Positions 62,395 through 64,000 of a stretch of 64,000 bases of DNA are shown one piece after another (the stretch's first letter is position 1; each line of letters opens with the position of its first letter). The notes under the pieces are model-generated. The model saw only the letters and a list, made by a program, of their open reading frames with translations. It did no database searches and had not been told where the DNA came from. A program made the position numbers and the translations under genes. Source of the DNA: the human T2T-CHM13v2.0 reference genome, Homo sapiens; NCBI RefSeq assembly GCF_009914755.1, contig NC_060936.1. One strand, written 5' to 3'.

Positions 62395-64000
62395 TGAACA
62401 TCAGCAAAATGGTAGAATAGGGTTTTCCACTCCTTGTCCTACTGCATAAACATCAACTTGAACAACTATCTGAAACACACACAAAAAAACCATCACAGAG
62501 CTAAGGAAACCAGAAGAGAAATTATAGCACCTGAGTGTAGCACAGAAATAAGAAAAAAATGCATCAAAGAGGATAGAAAGGACAGTCATGCGTTACTTGC
62601 ATCACTCCTTTCTCACCTCCAGGCAGCACAGCATGGAGAGAGATACTTCTGCTTGGGTGAAGGAGAAAACAGTGAGTACAAGACTTTGCCTCAGATCCCA
62701 ACACTCAGTGTTGGGCAGCACCCATGACCCCAGACTTCAGGCCAATACCTACTGACTAAGCCTCTGGGTTGGTTCCAATGCCAGGCCAGATCCCACAACT
62801 CCAGACTCCAGGCTTGTTCAGCATACTTGGTCTCTGGGCCCACAGCAACACCAGGCCAAACCCAATGGCACCAGAGGACCCAGCCTCCAGACTGACCCCT
62901 TTGGATACATGTTCTAGGCTGATCCAGCATCAGGCCAGCCCCTGTGATCCTTGGCTCCAGGCTCACCTCAAGTTCCAACTCAGCTCTGACATATGTCAAC
63001 CCATATAGCCCCAGGCCTCAGGCCCATGCCAGTGCCAGATAAACACCCCTAGCCTCAGGCACCAGACTGGCACCTGTAGATACAGGCTCGAGGCTTGCAC
63101 AATGCTAGGCTAGTCCTTGCAGTTCCACACTCTAGGCCAGCCCCTGTGACCCCATGCTCCAACAGAACTAGGGTACAGGCTTTCTCTAGAAGACCCAGGA
63201 TCCAGGTTTGCCCCAGTAGACTTTTACTAGGATATCTCCCACGGACTCAGGCTCTAGGACTGCCTCCTGTGGATCAGGTTCCAAGTCCACCTCCACAACC
63301 CTAGAACCAAGGCCAGACTTTGCAGGCCTAGCTTCCGAACCAACTACTGCACAACCAGCCTCTCTAAACCAAGGCTCTAGGCATTAGGATAGCACCTATG
63401 ATGCCAGGCTCCACAGTAGCCCTTATGGGTCCATTTTCCATGTCTGTCCCAGTACCAGGCTGGACCTAGGCTCCAGGCCAGTCTTCATGGCCTCAGACTC
63501 CAGAGGATCCAAAGTCCAGTACTACTCTGGCATATCTAGACTACAGGCCCGCCCCAGTAGACCCTGGTGTCAGGCCAACTACCAGAGAGAGACTGAAGCT
63601 CCAATGCCACCCCCACAGGCCCAGGATCCAAGCCAGGCCAACCCCCATGGGCCCAGAACCCAGATCTTCCTGAACAGACTCAGGCTCCAGGCCTACTTCA
63701 GCACCAGGTCAGCCTGTGAACTCAAGCTTCAGGCTTGACCCACTGGACCCAAGCACCAGGATAATTCTAGCACCTGACTGACCTCTATAGACTCAAGCTC
63801 AAGGTCAGTCCCAGAGTCAAGTTAACTGCTGTGGATTTAAGCTTTAGGATGGCCCCAGGAGATGAAGGCTCCAGGTCTACCCTCACATACTCTTGCTCCA
63901 GATATATCTCCACAAACCCAATCAAAATATCCACTCCAGTGAGTCCAGGTTCCAAACTCAACCCAGCTGACCCAGATAACAGGCCCACTCACCTGCTAAA
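62395..64000 (+). mobile_element. 5' UTR of an old L1M (L1M2/L1M3-type) with degenerate GC-rich tandem repeats; runs off the window end
   Basis: catcagcaaaatggtagaatagg start resembling an L1 5' end; reiterated ccaggc(t/c)ccaggcc units from ~62720; CpG-depleted. Confidence 0.7.

Overview
AT-rich primate (most likely human) non-genic or deep-intronic DNA made mostly of interspersed repeats. I find no convincing host-gene exon, and most ORFs in the track are Alu, L1, LTR or low-complexity artefacts. The main element is a young full-length (~6.0 kb) LINE-1 on the + strand (15576-21615). It has an intact 338-aa ORF1, an ORF2 broken by two small frameshifts, and a frameshifted antisense ORF0. Its diagnostic bases fall between L1PA2 and L1HS. 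Its 20-bp target-site duplication (A10-GAGGCTGGTG) closes ~300 bp beyond the L1 poly(A), enclosing two extra unique segments that each have their own poly(A) signal and A-tail. This is the signature of serial (two-generation) 3' transduction. The window also holds a complete THE1 (MaLR) provirus with TSD, a Tigger3-type transposon, old L1/L2/MIR/LTR relics, a close head-to-head inverted Alu pair, several local tandem duplications and a few transcription-factor motif clusters. Repeat subfamily names come from recalled consensus sequences and need RepeatMasker/Dfam confirmation.
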